NCBI GenBank assembly: GCA_051294905.1
Contig: CM119383.1
Location: forward strand, 6,696,001 to 6,760,000
Origin: Botryllus schlosseri
Taxonomy: Eukaryota
Direction: 5' to 3'
DNA: 64,000 nt
Shown: in pieces, positions 36,577 to 48,900 of the stretch
How positions within the stretch are numbered: position 1 is the first letter of the stretch
Layout of the letters: every line of letters starts with the position of its first letter
The notes under the pieces: model-generated
Told to the model about the DNA's origin: nothing
Database searches by the model: none
Seen by the model: only the letters and a program-made list of their open reading frames with translations
Made by a program: the position numbers and the translations under genes

Positions 36577-39480
36577 TCACGACGAAATTTTCAATTTGGC
36601 GAATGCGGAAGCCACGTCAATAGCGTTCTTCAACTCCCTCCAATTCTTCCCAACAGCCTGAGCGTTGAGATCTTTCCCGCCTCCCTTGCCATCAATAACT
36701 TTCGACACCTCCTGAACCCATTCGCTGGCTTTCAGCCCAGACGACACCGCATCCTTCGGCACTTGCGACAGGCACACTATCTTTTCCGCATCCCGATCCA
36801 CGCTGAAAAGCATCACCGCTGTTTTAGGCGAGTGGGTCTTGTACAACTTCATGGCTTCGTTCAAGGCTTTTGTATCTGACGACGCGTCGAGTTCCGTTAC
36901 TATCAACGGCGCGTTTTCGTTTTCCAGAATCTGCTCTTTGGTAGCTTGCAGCATCTTTTTGATGGACTCTGCTCTTTCAGCACGTTCTGCATCGCCAAGT
37001 TTCTTTTTGATAGCCTTGGCACGTTCGCGATACTCGTCCTTCTTCCACTGGCCAATGACTGCGTTGCCCAGATCCTCTGTGAACTCAGTCACTCGCTTTA
37101 CAACTGTCTTCGATAGCATCCTGTCGTTAGCACACGCGGCTAACGAATTTTCAATGTCTTTCAGAACGTTTTCGTGTAGCTCAGCTCTTCGCTCAGCCTT
37201 TCTTGCCTCGTCACCCGTAAGTGCGACGATACGGCGAATTCCTTTCGCGATAGCTTCTTCCGACGCGATAACCAGCCTTCCCGCGTGGCCCGTCTTGAGT
37301 AGATGCGTTCCCCCACAAAATTCGACAGAAGTAACCGTTCCTGCGGGTGACGTAGGGTCCGCCAACATCTTGTCGACTGGGATACCAACAGACAACACAC
37401 GTACCGGATCTGGGTAAGTTTCATCAAAAATAGCACGCAGGCCTTGTATGGCTTTCGCGCTGGCGAGATCGGACACTTTAGCGTGCACGTCCTGGTTTTT
37501 ATCGATCGTCTCGTTGACTATTTCCTCGCATTTCTTAATTTGAGCTGTGGTCATGGCTTTTTTGGCAGTGAAGTCAAACCTTAATCGGTCAGGCGCTACT
37601 AACGATCCTCTCTGATCAGCTTCGCCGAGTACTTTTCTCAGGGCAAAGTTAAGCATGTGAGTCGCGGTATGATTGCTCATGACTGTTCTACGTCGCTTTT
37701 CGTCGATAAACAAATCCACTTGATCGCCGACTTTCAAGGTCCCTGCCACGGTGCCGGTGTGTAGCACATACCCGCCGTGCACTTGGCAATTCTTCACCGA
37801 GAATTCAGTTTGGTCGTCGGCGCATTTTGCGAAATACCCTTGGTCGAAAATCTGCCCGCCCTGTTCCGGGTAGAAGTTGGTGCGGTCTAGCAGCACGCCG
37901 CAAAATCGTCCGGAGGTCACGGTATCCACAAATTCTCCATCACACCGTATCAATTTTACCACGCCTCGTACTTTTTCAAACTTATAATCACCATTATCGT
38001 CAGCAGTATACAAGTACTTTGCGTTGTTGTCGGTTGGTGGGATGCCTTTTCCTTGCAGCTCGGTAATGGCATTCACGTCGAATTTAACAGTATCATTTTC
38101 TGTGGAGCTACCACCCTGGGATCGGATCTTGGCCTCGCCTTTAGCTTTCTCAAACTCTTCCATATCGATAGTCAATCCATTTTCTTCCACCATAAGATGG
38201 GTTAAATCCACCGGAAAACCATATGTATCATACAGGAGCCATGCCACATCACCCGGAAGCACTTTTTTATCACCTTGAAGGGTGTTTAATTTCCGAGTCA
38301 AAATCGACCTTCCCCTCGATAGTGTCTTCAAAAATTGTTCCTCCTCTTCGTTAATAATATCGATGACGGTTTGTGGATCTTTCGCGATCTCGCTAAATGC
38401 CCCGCCAAGAATTTCAATCACAACGTGCACAAGAGAGGCAAAGAATCCAGGCTTTGCATTCAATTTTTCACTCGCGTAACGTACGGCGCGACGTAAAATT
38501 CGCCTCAATACATAGCCTCGGCCTGTATTGTCAGGTCGACCGCCATCAGTGAGGGCTATAGTTAATGTACGGGCGTGATCCGCAAGTACACGGTAGGCCA
38601 TGTCAATACCGCCTTCATCTTCAGCCCCGAGTTTACCTTGATACGGCCGTACCCCTACGGTTTTCTCAATGTAATCAAAGATAGGTGTGAACATATCGGT
38701 GTCGTAGTTCGAACGCTTGTCCTGAATGACTGATACAATTCTCTCCAAACCCATCCCAGTGTCAACATGCTGCTTGGCTAGAGGCTTCAAGCTACCGTCA
38801 CTTTCACGGTTGAATTGAATGAACACAAGATTCCAAATTTCAAGAACATCAGGATCATCTTGGTTTACCAAGTGAGCAGCATCACGACCTCCTATTCTAT
38901 CATAATGTATTTCAGAACAAGGACCACACGGACCAGTGTCACCCATTTCCCAGAAATTATCTTTCATGTTCCCTTTGATCACTCGATTTGCTGGAACGCC
39001 GAGTTTCATCCACAATTCTTTGGTCTCCAAGTCTTCCTCTAATGAGGAAGGCTCATATCCTTCAAAGTATGTCACATAAAGACGGTCTTTCGGAAGTTTG
39101 AACACTCCAGTTAGCAACTCCCATGCCATATCAATGGCTTCTTTTTTGAAGTAGTCGCCGAAAGACCAGTTTCCAAGCATTTCAAAGAACGTATGATGGT
39201 AAGTGTCCTTTCCTACATCGTCCAAATCATTGTGTTTACCTCCAGCTCGTATGCATTTTTGAGAGTTGACAGCTCTCGTTTCTCTGGCTAACGGACTTGA
39301 CGGATCAACCGTGCCTAAAAACATTGCTTTGAACTGGTTCATGCCAGCATTTGTGAAGAGCAGTGTCGGGTCATCGAGAGGGATTGTTCCAGACGAGTGA
39401 ATGTACTTGTGTCGATGTTTTTCAACAAAGTATTCGATGAACATGCGACGAATATCGGAAGCAGTCAGACTGGAATCCAT
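36577..39480 (-). CDS. AARS1: Alanine--tRNA ligase, cytoplasmic (967 aa), intronless CDS
   Basis: [18 protein letters not shown]...[55 protein letters not shown], editing motifs NHTATH and EFCGGTH, C-Ala GKGGGK. The true start is taken at MDSS (39480) by similarity to the animal AlaRS N-terminus. Splice acceptor at 39503-39504; two AATAAA signals on the minus strand at 36454-36459 and 36466-36471. Confidence 0.98.
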   Translation of the reverse strand: MDSSLTASDIRRMFIEYFVEKHRHKYIHSSGTIPLDDPTLLFTNAGMNQFKAMFLGTVDPSSPLARETRAVNSQKCIRAGGKHNDLDDVGKDTYHHTFFEMLGNWSFGDYFKKEAIDMAWELLTGVFKLPKDRLYVTYFEGYEPSSLEEDLETKELWMKLGVPANRVIKGNMKDNFWEMGDTGPCGPCSEIHYDRIGGRDAAHLVNQDDPDVLEIWNLVFIQFNRESDGSLKPLAKQHVDTGMGLERIVSVIQDKRSNYDTDMFTPIFDYIEKTVGVRPYQGKLGAEDEGGIDMAYRVLADHARTLTIALTDGGRPDNTGRGYVLRRILRRAVRYASEKLNAKPGFFASLVHVVIEILGGAFSEIAKDPQTVIDIINEEEEQFLKTLSRGRSILTRKLNTLQGDKKVLPGDVAWLLYDTYGFPVDLTHLMVEENGLTIDMEEFEKAKGEAKIRSQGGSSTENDTVKFDVNAITELQGKGIPPTDNNAKYLYTADDNGDYKFEKVRGVVKLIRCDGEFVDTVTSGRFCGVLLDRTNFYPEQGGQIFDQGYFAKCADDQTEFSVKNCQVHGGYVLHTGTVAGTLKVGDQVDLFIDEKRRRTVMSNHTATHMLNFALRKVLGEADQRGSLVAPDRLRFDFTAKKAMTTAQIKKCEEIVNETIDKNQDVHAKVSDLASAKAIQGLRAIFDETYPDPVRVLSVGIPVDKMLADPTSPAGTVTSVEFCGGTHLLKTGHAGRLVIASEEAIAKGIRRIVALTGDEARKAERRAELHENVLKDIENSLAACANDRMLSKTVVKRVTEFTEDLGNAVIGQWKKDEYRERAKAIKKKLGDAERAERAESIKKMLQATKEQILENENAPLIVTELDASSDTKALNEAMKLYKTHSPKTAVMLFSVDRDAEKIVCLSQVPKDAVSSGLKASEWVQEVSKVIDGKGGGKDLNAQAVGKNWRELKNAIDVASAFAKLKISS

Positions 39481-39577
39481 GACTATGATGAGATTAGTAA
39501 ATCTACAAAATATAGCAAGTGTAAGTGTAAAAATTATGGTCATGCCTACCATTTCAATTACAAGCATGTTGTTACAA

Positions 39578-40105
39578 TAGGGCTGTTGAAAAATAACCTT
39601 TTTCCTGAATCTTGCTGGTTACGTGAATAAATCGTTAGGTTGCCTTGAAAAACGACGCACACCAAATTTGAATTCATTCCAACCAATATTCGCGGATTTC
39701 GTACAGTTTGAAAATTTTGAATTTTCCAAAAAATACAAAACAAAAATTTTTCAAATTTTTCTGCCAACCCCATGAAATAGTTGCGCTGACTTCAAAAACG
39801 ATGCAAAACAAATTTGACTAATTCCGCTTCCGACTAATTCCGCTTCTACAACTTGGAATTGAGTCAAATTTGGTTTGCATCGTTTTTGAAGACAGCGCAA
39901 CAATTTTATGGGGCTGGAAGTGAAATTTGAAAAAAAAATTTTTTTGGACTTTTGGGCAAATTCAAAACTTTCAAACCGTACGAAATTCACGAATATTGGT
40001 TGGAAATTGGAATGAATTCAAATTTGGTGTGCGTCGTTTTTCAAGGCAACCTTAATCACGTAGCCAGCAAGATTCAGGAAAAAAGGTTATTTTTGAACAG
40101 CACTA
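39578..40105. mobile_element. Foldback element with long TIRs and 9-bp TSD (Mutator-like by TSD length)
   Basis: Arms of about 240 bp are inverted copies (tagggctgttgaaaaataacc... / ...ggttatttttgaacagcacta); TTGTTACAA direct repeats at 39569-39577 and 40106-40114. Confidence 0.85.
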
Positions 40106-41001
40106 TTGTTACAAGTTATTTTCGGCAATAAGTTGTGTATGTGCATGACAGAAAGGTTTCTTCACAGAATAAGTATGTAATTAAAAGGAAAGTTACGCAT
40201 GACGTTACAATCCTACTTGGGCTAATTTCCATGACAGTAACTTCATAAGTAACAAAAACCATCAATTGTTGCTTCTATGTCAAACAGACATGAATAACTC
40301 GATATGCAAGTAGCGAGTAGGCCATGAATTGATCCACTAATGACCAAATAGCATCACTCATGGCCGTTTAGACACCACTTACTAACTATCAGTTCATTAC
40401 ATCGCATTGGCTGTCTTGAGTGGATCAAAATGATAGAACCAACTATTGACTATTGTGTTGTATTATAAATAGGCAAAATCATCCGAGTTTACTCAAGCTC
40501 TGTTCCTTAGTCACATCGTACAAAAGTGATACAATTATAGATCTTTTTGTACGCCGGTGAAGTTCGTGACTTAATTTCATCTCAACTTAGTTATCTCGAC
40601 TATACTCGTAAAAACTGTCTCGGGATACAATAAAGAACCCTGGAAATTTACCGCCATAACTAGGCGCCCAACCTAAGCACCCAATCCCTATGATCTGCAC
40701 ACAACACGAATGGTTGTGTTGTCACTTGTTGAAATGTGGGCGTTACGGATGGACACACACATTACACAACTGTCTGATGCAATCATTTCAATTAGATATC
40801 ACTCGTTCTCATCATTAGTTGTTCCTGCAATCGGTATATATACGAATTTATGTATATATGGATCTTTATTAGGCACTATGATTCAAACAGCTTCACAAAT
40901 CACAATGGCGATCAAGAAAGCATATTTGATATCCTTAGTGGGCGCCCACGAGTTAAATTTCATGTTTTACCTTGGGAGTAAGATTGGAAAGATCCCAACG
41001 T

Positions 41002-41033
41002 CATAGCAATTTACAACGTTGTAAATTGCTATG
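41002..41033. mobile_element. 32-bp perfect palindrome CATAGCAATTTACAACGTTGTAAATTGCTATG with 7-bp flanking direct repeat
   Basis: Self-complementary; CCAACGT at 40995-41001 and 41034-41040. Confidence 0.75.
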
Positions 41034-41112
41034 CCAACGTGATGTGATAAAACCAAATTCAAACACAAATAAAAAATTTACGTCCTGTCTTCGTCATCCC
41101 CGTCCGTGTCAG

Positions 41113-41152
41113 CATAGCAATTTACAACGTAGCTACATTGTAAATTGCTATG
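41113..41152. mobile_element. 40-bp palindrome with the same 15-bp arms and a different 7-bp flanking direct repeat
   Basis: CATAGCAATTTACAA-cgtagctaca-TTGTAAATTGCTATG; GTGTCAG at 41106-41112 and 41153-41159. Confidence 0.75.
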
Positions 41153-41282
41153 GTGTCAGTAACTGTTTATTCATTACTAAGGTAAGTTTTTGCAGCTTTT
41201 TTATAGCTTTATTTGTATTTTCATGCAACTCACTTTTTACTTGCAATATTCGGCACCATATGTGAATAGATCGCTTGATTAT

Positions 41283-41600
41283 TTCACTGTCGTTTGAATT
41301 TGAGGTACTTTCTGATTTGACGTACATTCAGGTTAGACCGCCGAAAATTATATTTTCACTGGGTCATTTTTTTCAATAGATTTTGTTGAAGTCGCCAACA
41401 TTGAGTTTTTCTACAGTGGCTTCGATACGGATCGACTCGAGTATCTCATATCCTAATAATTTCAAGGAACTTCTCCATAAATGCAACTTTTTAGTGCAAC
41501 TATTGTTAAAAATAAATGCAACTTTTTACACTGCAACTTTTGTGAAAAATAAGTGCAAGTCTCCACGGATTTTACTGCAACAAAATCTTGCCCTAATCAT
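41283..41600 (+). repeat. Dispersed repeat family R2 (second copy at about 48540-49030)
   Basis: ctgtcgttt.aatttgag...agaccgccgaaaatta.atttt...gattttgtt.aa.tcgcc and ctgcaacttttgt.gaaa..aagtgcaa are shared between the two loci. Confidence 0.7.
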
Positions 41601-43012
41601 TACACAGAGTATGTTTGGTCTCAGGGACTGGAGGAAAATATCCTACCATATGGTCTTAGGCTATAGCAATTTGATGGTAAAATAATAGATACTTTGGGTT
41701 AGTCCATGACCCATAAGGGCCTCGAATTCGCACCCAGTTTTATTGGGCTGCTCGGAGAATTTTCAGAGCCTGGAATGATCTTACTAACGGTTGCATCGGA
41801 TGTAGATGTAGTTAACTTTGCTAATGCTCGAGAAGACACAGGTAGGCATCTACATGATTCACTCTAACCCACTGCTTTCAACCTATTAGCGCCGTTGAAC
41901 ACATTCTACGTATCGAAATTCTCGCAGAACACCAAACGAAACATTATTATCAATATAACGTGTTATTTCAAGAAAATTCAAGAAAATCAGTATCATTTCT
42001 GACGATACAATAAGATTCATCCCAGTCGAGTCGAGGCCTACAATAACTTAGTTATCGTAGGCCCTGTCCCAGTTTTCTGGTGAATTTCCTTACCGCTAGT
42101 GATAGGAAGTCGAAATTTGAGATGTTTTAATAAAGAATGTCAGGAATTTAGAAAAATTCTGATAACGCTCAAAACATTCATAAGGTAGCACCTACTAAGG
42201 CTCTTATGCGAACCAATGAAGGTTCGCAATACGCGTACCGAGAATGAGCGCGAGTGAATCAAATCGAATTATCGAAGCCGAGTCAATTTTTTGATCATTG
42301 AATTGCCATACAAATAGTACACTGTTTATTCCGATGGCTGAACTATGATCCAACTCTGTGGGTTCTACTGCCACCACGCCAAATAGGTTGGAAGGAAATT
42401 ATGCTTAAATGAAGCTGAAAGTTGCGTTATCGGAGCTCTTTCCCATATGTCTGTATGAAAAGCTGTTGTTTCGATCGTGATCCCTTATTTGCAGTCGTTT
42501 TATCCCGTAGTTTTAAGATTGCTTACATCAAGGGGATTTTCAATTCCAATGATTCATCGTTAAGTGGACGAGATTCAAGGGTGATTAGGGAGCTTGCGTG
42601 TTTTACATCGACGGGGAAACATGTTTTGTTCGTAAATAACCATGGACCTGGTGTAGAGAATTATTGACTTTCATTCTTAGCACTCGCGAATTCAGAAACT
42701 CCCTACGACTGCGTTCTACAAAATGCGCAAATAATATATACAGTACTGTACTTCGATATGGTGCTTACGCAATAGCATAGCCTACATGTGAAGCGTGCCT
42801 GACCCAACCTGACATCTGTAATTGGAGCGAAATCACCTCAGGTATAGGTTCTCAAATTGCATCCAATCAACATGGACGTTTTCCAAATTGACACAGTGGA
42901 CGGGGCAAGATTATTTGTGATCCTGTGTTGGATTCATTTTCCTGCTTTGAGAATGATGCTGCGACGAGTTCGTAAATTATATAATACTGACTACGTATAC
43001 AAGTATTCAACG

Positions 43013-43160
43013 GGAAGCGAGTGGCGCAGTTGGTTAAAACACTGTAGTCACGACATCGATGGTTGATGGTTCGAGTCTCGGCTCTGCGATGATTCTATGT
43101 GTCGGAGGTTTATCTGGGCTCCTCATCGCCGATCCCGCTGTAACACAGCGCATTGAAAAG
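43013..43160 (+). mobile_element. tRNA-derived SINE family B
   Basis: A-box tggcgcagttgg and B-box ggttcgagtc, then a body with ggctcctc.tcgc..gatcc.gc shared with the inverted copy at 44100-44215. No complete tRNA cloverleaf. Confidence 0.7.
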
Positions 43161-44099
43161 CCCAGACGAAGAGAGAGCCGAACTCGTGAAAGGAGGCAGC
43201 ATATGAGCCGAGAAAAAGCCTGAAGTTCATGAAGATATGCCATTATGCGATTATGAAATTTACTGTGTGGGCGCAAATAACCACGAGTTGCAAGCGCCAA
43301 TTGTATGCGTTAATAAAAACAACAATAACAACAACAACAACAAGTATTCAACATAATACGTGATTTTGATCGGCAAGCTTTCCCGTATCTAATGCTGAAC
43401 ATGGAACTCAAGCCACTATCGGACTGCGCTGAAAGTATATAACTAAAAAACGATGAAAGCAATATATGTGGAATAGCTCTGATAGGTATCACTAAAATCA
43501 TCATACGTAATTCAGATTAGCATTAGGCGGTTCAGAAGTCTTGCTTTACATTCAAATCAAGTGTTCGGTAGCGAATAATGCTATTGATTTAAAACCGACT
43601 TCAAAAGGTACCGAAAAGATACGATCAGAAGCTACAGGGTAACTGGGAAATAACTCATCGTCTAGAAATTACGTAAAATCTTAGCTGATTCCACTTCCAT
43701 CCACTACTAGTCGTTTTTGAAGGATAGAAGTTTGTTGTTTACTGGTTCAACACGGCCTTCGCTTATCTCTGTTCTATCTACCACCGATGTACGCACGGCG
43801 GCACGCACAGAAGTGCACACTGCACATGTGCACAACATTGCACATCTGTGTGCCAAAAGACGCCTATTATCTCAAGACCTTCGTCGTTAAAAGAGAAGGC
43901 TAAATATGTGCCAAGCTTGGACAGAATGGACAGCACGCTTACTACTGATGACAGATTGGAGATGAGTGAATTGTTTATTTGTAGCATTCATAGTGTTTTG
44001 TCGACTGCAATGGTCATTTACACCGCGTTTCTAAAGTTTATATTATTTAAGTTGTTTCAGTAGCTACCGACTTGTAGCAAGGACAACTTCTAGGATTAA

Positions 44100-44215
44100 T
44101 AAGACACCGCGTAAGCGGATCAGATAGCGAAGAGGAGCCTAGTTGAACCTTCAACACTAGAAAAGGGATTCCGGTGTCGACCTCGGCCGGACTCGAACCC
44201 GCGACCTTTGAATTG
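44100..44215 (-). mobile_element. tRNA-derived SINE family B, inverted copy
   Basis: The reverse complement has ggtcgcgggttcgagtcc (B-box) followed by ...gaaggttcaactaggctcctcttcgctatctgatccgc. Confidence 0.65.
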
Positions 44216-44349
44216 TCAATTTTGTACGGATGTAATCTGTTTACAATGCTTACCATTGTCTCTTACAAGCATTTCAATTGGCGATCCCGAGTGGAACGTA
44301 TTACTACACTTACGAATAAAGCAATGTAGCAGCCTATGTGCTATCGAGC

Positions 44350-44767
44350 CAGTGACATGTGGTCCAATGAGGCAGGTGAGGCAGTGCCTCACCTGTCGTC
44401 TGGGTGATAAAGTGAAAATCGTGAAACCCCTCGATGAGCCGATGATTATTGATGTTTTACATCGATGTTCATAAATAAATAAATTTGAGCATTTTTGTCA
44501 CCCAACATCATCAATTTGCAAAATTAATATTAAAGAATACTGCGCGAAAGGAGAGGTGAGGCACGGGCGGGTCGGAATTCATAATAACTGGTAGCAATCA
44601 AATGCTATCGTCACACTGATTCCGAAAATCCAAATATTAACAGTGTCAGAGCACCAGAACCCAAAAAAAATCGCCAATGAAGGTGACATTCGGCTTTATT
44701 ACAGACAATGCCAATCGCAGAGAAACAATAGCTAGGTGAGGCACAAACGAATCTGCCTCATGCACTA
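44350..44767. mobile_element. Probable MITE with GGTGAGGCAGTGCCTCACC subterminal motifs
   Basis: Starts cagtgacatg and ends catgcacta; repeated gtgaggca/tgcctca motifs; no TSD found. Confidence 0.45.
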
Positions 44768-44934
44768 TTCGCTAACAATTGGACAATCGAAGCGCAGTGA
44801 AACGCGCTATCGATTTCGGAATCCAACAGTCTTGTAGGAATTATGTATAGTAGAGACGGACAATACGTAATGCGGAGCCAATACATTCCCTTACTTATGT
44901 AGCTGTTATGTATTTTCCCTCCATAGCTACGTTA

Positions 44935-45090
44935 AATTGTGGTATGTGATAGCTACTTGCATAGGCTGCATTGTCGTTGCTTCTGTCCTTAATGCTGTGT
45001 TCGACTGCAATAGCCTACCTATAAGGCTATAACCCCTAATTGTGGTATGTGATAGCTATACTTACGTAGCCTGCGTTGTCGTTGTTTGTG
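44935..45090 (+). repeat. Imperfect direct repeat, period about 103 bp
   Basis: aattgtggtatgtgatagcta...gc.ttgtcgttg at 44935 and 45038. Confidence 0.75.
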
Positions 45091-45245
45091 GTCAGTGGTG
45101 CCACTCCTAGTGTTTTTTTACTTGACCTAGTGTCCTAGTGCATTTTCTTTCGAAATTCGGCAAATTTAGTGTTTTTTACAGAAAAAAAAATGAAACTGAG
45201 GATATGCTATTTTCATGTGCTTCTAATAATTTATAGCGGTACTTG

Positions 45246-45920
45246 AAGAGAGAGAGAGAGAGAGAATTTTTTATTCATCATCGTAAAATAACAAAACAGG
45301 CAACAAAATAGCATAAACTTCAGAATCACGGACACATACAAAAAAAATGGTTACAGTGTCAATTTCATAGCAAATGAGATGTGTACGAATACGATTTACA
45401 GTTCATAGAATTGGCCAATATGTTTTACGATTGCAAGATGAAGCTGCAGCGAAGTGATCTGTTGATCATCGAGTCTACTGCAGCTGATCGAAGTAGATTG
45501 GCTATATACATTGCATACATCGTACTGCAACAGTGAATTGTAAGACTGACAGGATAAATGTAAGAGCACATGTTAGGATAAACGGAGGAAAAGAATGGTA
45601 AGTGTACTGGTCTGAAACAAACAAGATATTTTGACCGGTACTATTTCGCACTAAAAATACATTTTAGCTTTTGTATGATTCAATAAGGAAGGCACGATAC
45701 ATGGTTTTTAATACATATAATGTATTGCTCCTAATATTCGAAGGAATGGAGTTCCATATTAGAGGACCTTGATAGGCAATGGTTTTGTGATGAGCCTTAG
45801 GTAAATACTGATTCATAACAGAACCTCTTGTAAAATGAGAATGATGTTCACTGATAGGTGTAAAGTAGTCCGAGAAAATGTCAGGTAGGGTGAAGAGATA
45901 GTAATTATTATCCGTCTAAA
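45246..45920 (-). mobile_element. 5'-truncated CR1/L2-group LINE 3' end
   Basis: The minus strand encodes LPDIFSDYFTPISEHHSHFTRG...YQGPLIWNSIPSNIR, typical of the ORF2 C-terminus of this group. A 3' UTR follows and ends in AATAAA plus a (TC)n tail, seen as (GA)n at about 45246-45265. Confidence 0.8.
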
Positions 45921-48900
45921 CCTGCCCATTCAGCACAATAGCGACCATGTATTGTAGAACAGGGAATTGCAACGGCTATCAGTGCGCAAAGAAAATTCTC
46001 TCTATACCCGCTGCTATTGTTACGTGCGTGCGTGTTTGTGTGTGTATGTGTGGGGGGGGGGCGTCCCTCATCAGTCATGAACCTAACCGCACGTCACTGA
46101 TATCGAGCTATTGCTCGTAATGCAAACCGTGTAGAGGTCACGTATCTTACGTCGTACTATTACAATGTAAACTACTAAATATTCATAGCAGGCATTGCAG
46201 CTTATGCAAGAGACAGTGCAACTTATGCAAAAGATGTGACCTTGGGAAAGAACAGCTGGAAAATCCTCATGTATGTACGTCAGTGTGGTAATGCACACGA
46301 CATTAATCCTAGTGTATTATGTGCTTCCGCGCTTACAATATCCTCATCAATTTTTCAGATGGTTACCTAATTTAGACTACTTTTTCACAATGCTCTACAC
46401 AACTGTGTTTATCGTGACGCGGTTAAATCTCTTGAGACGTATATTGTAGTCCAGTGGACTTCTATACACAAAGGCTAACGTGATAAAGAGCCTGCCCGTT
46501 TTGCCTTCCATAACCTCTATAATATTATGATCTATCTTATTTTTGACTAATCAATAATTGATTGTCTGTCTCTCTGTCTGTCCGCAATGACGAATGCTAC
46601 CGCACTACCATATTACCACAAACTCGCTGGAGGTAGTCGAATTAGCGAATTGGTCGAGATTCGGGGCGCTGAATATGCAGCTGTGCACTGTGCACTATGC
46701 AGTGTGTAGTGTTCACCATTTAAAAACGAGAGAGAATATATATGTACTGACCGGCAATAAGGAACTTTGTACGTAGTATTTTTGACAAAAATTGCAATCC
46801 GAATATGTTGGCTCCTATATCCTGTCTCTCTGCTGTTAGCCTTCAACTCGAGAACACATCAAATTTCAATAATCCATCGCACCACAGAAATCGATTTATC
46901 AAGACTGATATCAGCAGTATTCGATGTCAGTGGGAACATGGCCTACTATGTTTTTAGTAGGCCATGGTGGGAAGTAGAAAGGTCTGGGGCAATACTTTGC
47001 TCGTAACTTCTGATCCGATACCCCAACTTCAAAGCCAAGTAAAGTGTTAAACCCCTACATGATATCATTACGTAATCCCGAATAACAATTCATAAATTTT
47101 AAGAATTAAAATTTTTCTTCTTTCCGGACCTCCTGTATTATAGTTCGGTAATATTGTCCGCATTACATGGTCAACATCTTTTGAATTGATTCAGTATCTC
47201 GAGTATTGCGACGCCGATTACCCTTTCACGCAGACTTAATCCATAAGTATAAGCCATAACGGATACTATTGATGCTATTAAACCAGACGCTCGAACCTTT
47301 TCCGGTTATATACCCTTGACTGTTATACAGGTTACATAAGCTATGGCCAATTACAACCCGTCTTTTGCGGAAATTAGGCTGTGAAATTGGTGCTAGTAAT
47401 ATTATTTTATGTTATGCAGATTCGCCCGAGACCGAATTTGCGGTGTTTAGTAACGTACAATTTCCCGACCTTAGCTTCAAATTTGCACAAATCCATTCTC
47501 CCTATAGCTGATAATATAGAGATATTTAGATGGAAACAATTTAAGCGATGTCAAGTATGCTTTGAACGGCTGGTAGCGGGGGATGATGCTTGATCGCTTC
47601 GTAAAAGCTGCGTTCAAATAATATGCTCAAATCTACGGCGACCATATATAGGTCCACCTACATCGACTTGCATTTCATTAAAAATTCCTCAGGAAATCGA
47701 TTATAAGTTAAGAAATAAATGACACTTGCATGCGGCGAATAATATATTTTACCATGACTTGGTTTGTGCGTCGAAATCTATAAACATGTGCTATTGCATG
47801 CACAATGACGTCAACTACGTCATAAACGTGCACGTGCAGTATATAAATGACGTCCGCTGAAACGAGACATTTCTTATCAGCTCGATCGCGTCGAGAGTCG
47901 AGACCAACCCCGACTGGCCGTAGATCATGCATAGTTTCAAAACCGTAAACTATACGCAAATGCACAGTTCATATAATTTGATTATATCATGTGAAGAAAT
48001 AGTACTTCTCTATGCTTTAAAGATTAAATTTACTCGTCATTCGCAGGATATAGGTTACAAGACGACATTCATGACTTCTCCTGCAAATGGTATTATTATT
48101 GCATTATCAGTCTGCAATAAAACCTCTCCATGTTTGATATACACTATTATTTCATTACTAGGGCAAGTTTTCGCAGCTTTTGAACCTTTTTTTTACAGCT
48201 TCCGGCAGCTTCCTAGATACTCAGAATCTATGTACTATGACGTTTTAAGCTGTTTGGAGGGATTTTATAGTGCAACTTTTTGCAACTTTTCTCAATTTTT
48301 CATGGCAATATTTACTGTAACCTTTATCAAATATTGCGTAACATGTGAAGGAGTGATTTAAAAAACATATTATAAACTATTTATAATTGGCTCTAGTCTC
48401 TTTGATTTGTGTAAGAAACAGCTATATGATGAGTTAGCCACATCTCAATGTTATATGTGACACAATGGCTTGCAAGCAAGAAGTTATACTACCCCTGCCA
48501 AGCACCATCGTGCCCAAACAATATGTACACTATTCGCTTTTTAAATTCTGTCGTTTAAATTTGAGATAGTGTCCCATTTCACGAACGTCCAGGCGAGACC
48601 GCCGAAAATTAGATTTTCTCTAGGTCACCTTTTAAGACTATTTATTTTGTTAAAATCGCCCACAGTGAGTTTCTCTGCAATGCCTTGGGTCAAGTTTGCA
48701 GACCTAGCGGGTTTTGGGTGTGTTATTTGACTTGTTTAAGGGGGAGTGCGGGTGGATTATCGCTATGCCGTTTGGCTTTTTTGGGGCAAATTATCCCGCA
48801 TCGCGTCATCTTATTGCTGTTTACCTGGAAATACGTAATATTTGGCGGTGTCGCCAAACTGACAGTGAAATATGAAAGTAGCAAATTTGACTGCTCTACA

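Noticed and set aside
39481-39567. 29-aa N-terminal extension of the AlaRS ORF in the ORF track
   Set aside because: Homology starts at MDSS (39480), and a splice acceptor at 39503-39504 interrupts the extension.
43013-43090. Possible tRNA gene (also at 9860-9924 and 20571-20635)
   Set aside because: A and B boxes are present but no complete cloverleaf, and each continues into a repeat body shared between copies, so these are SINE heads.
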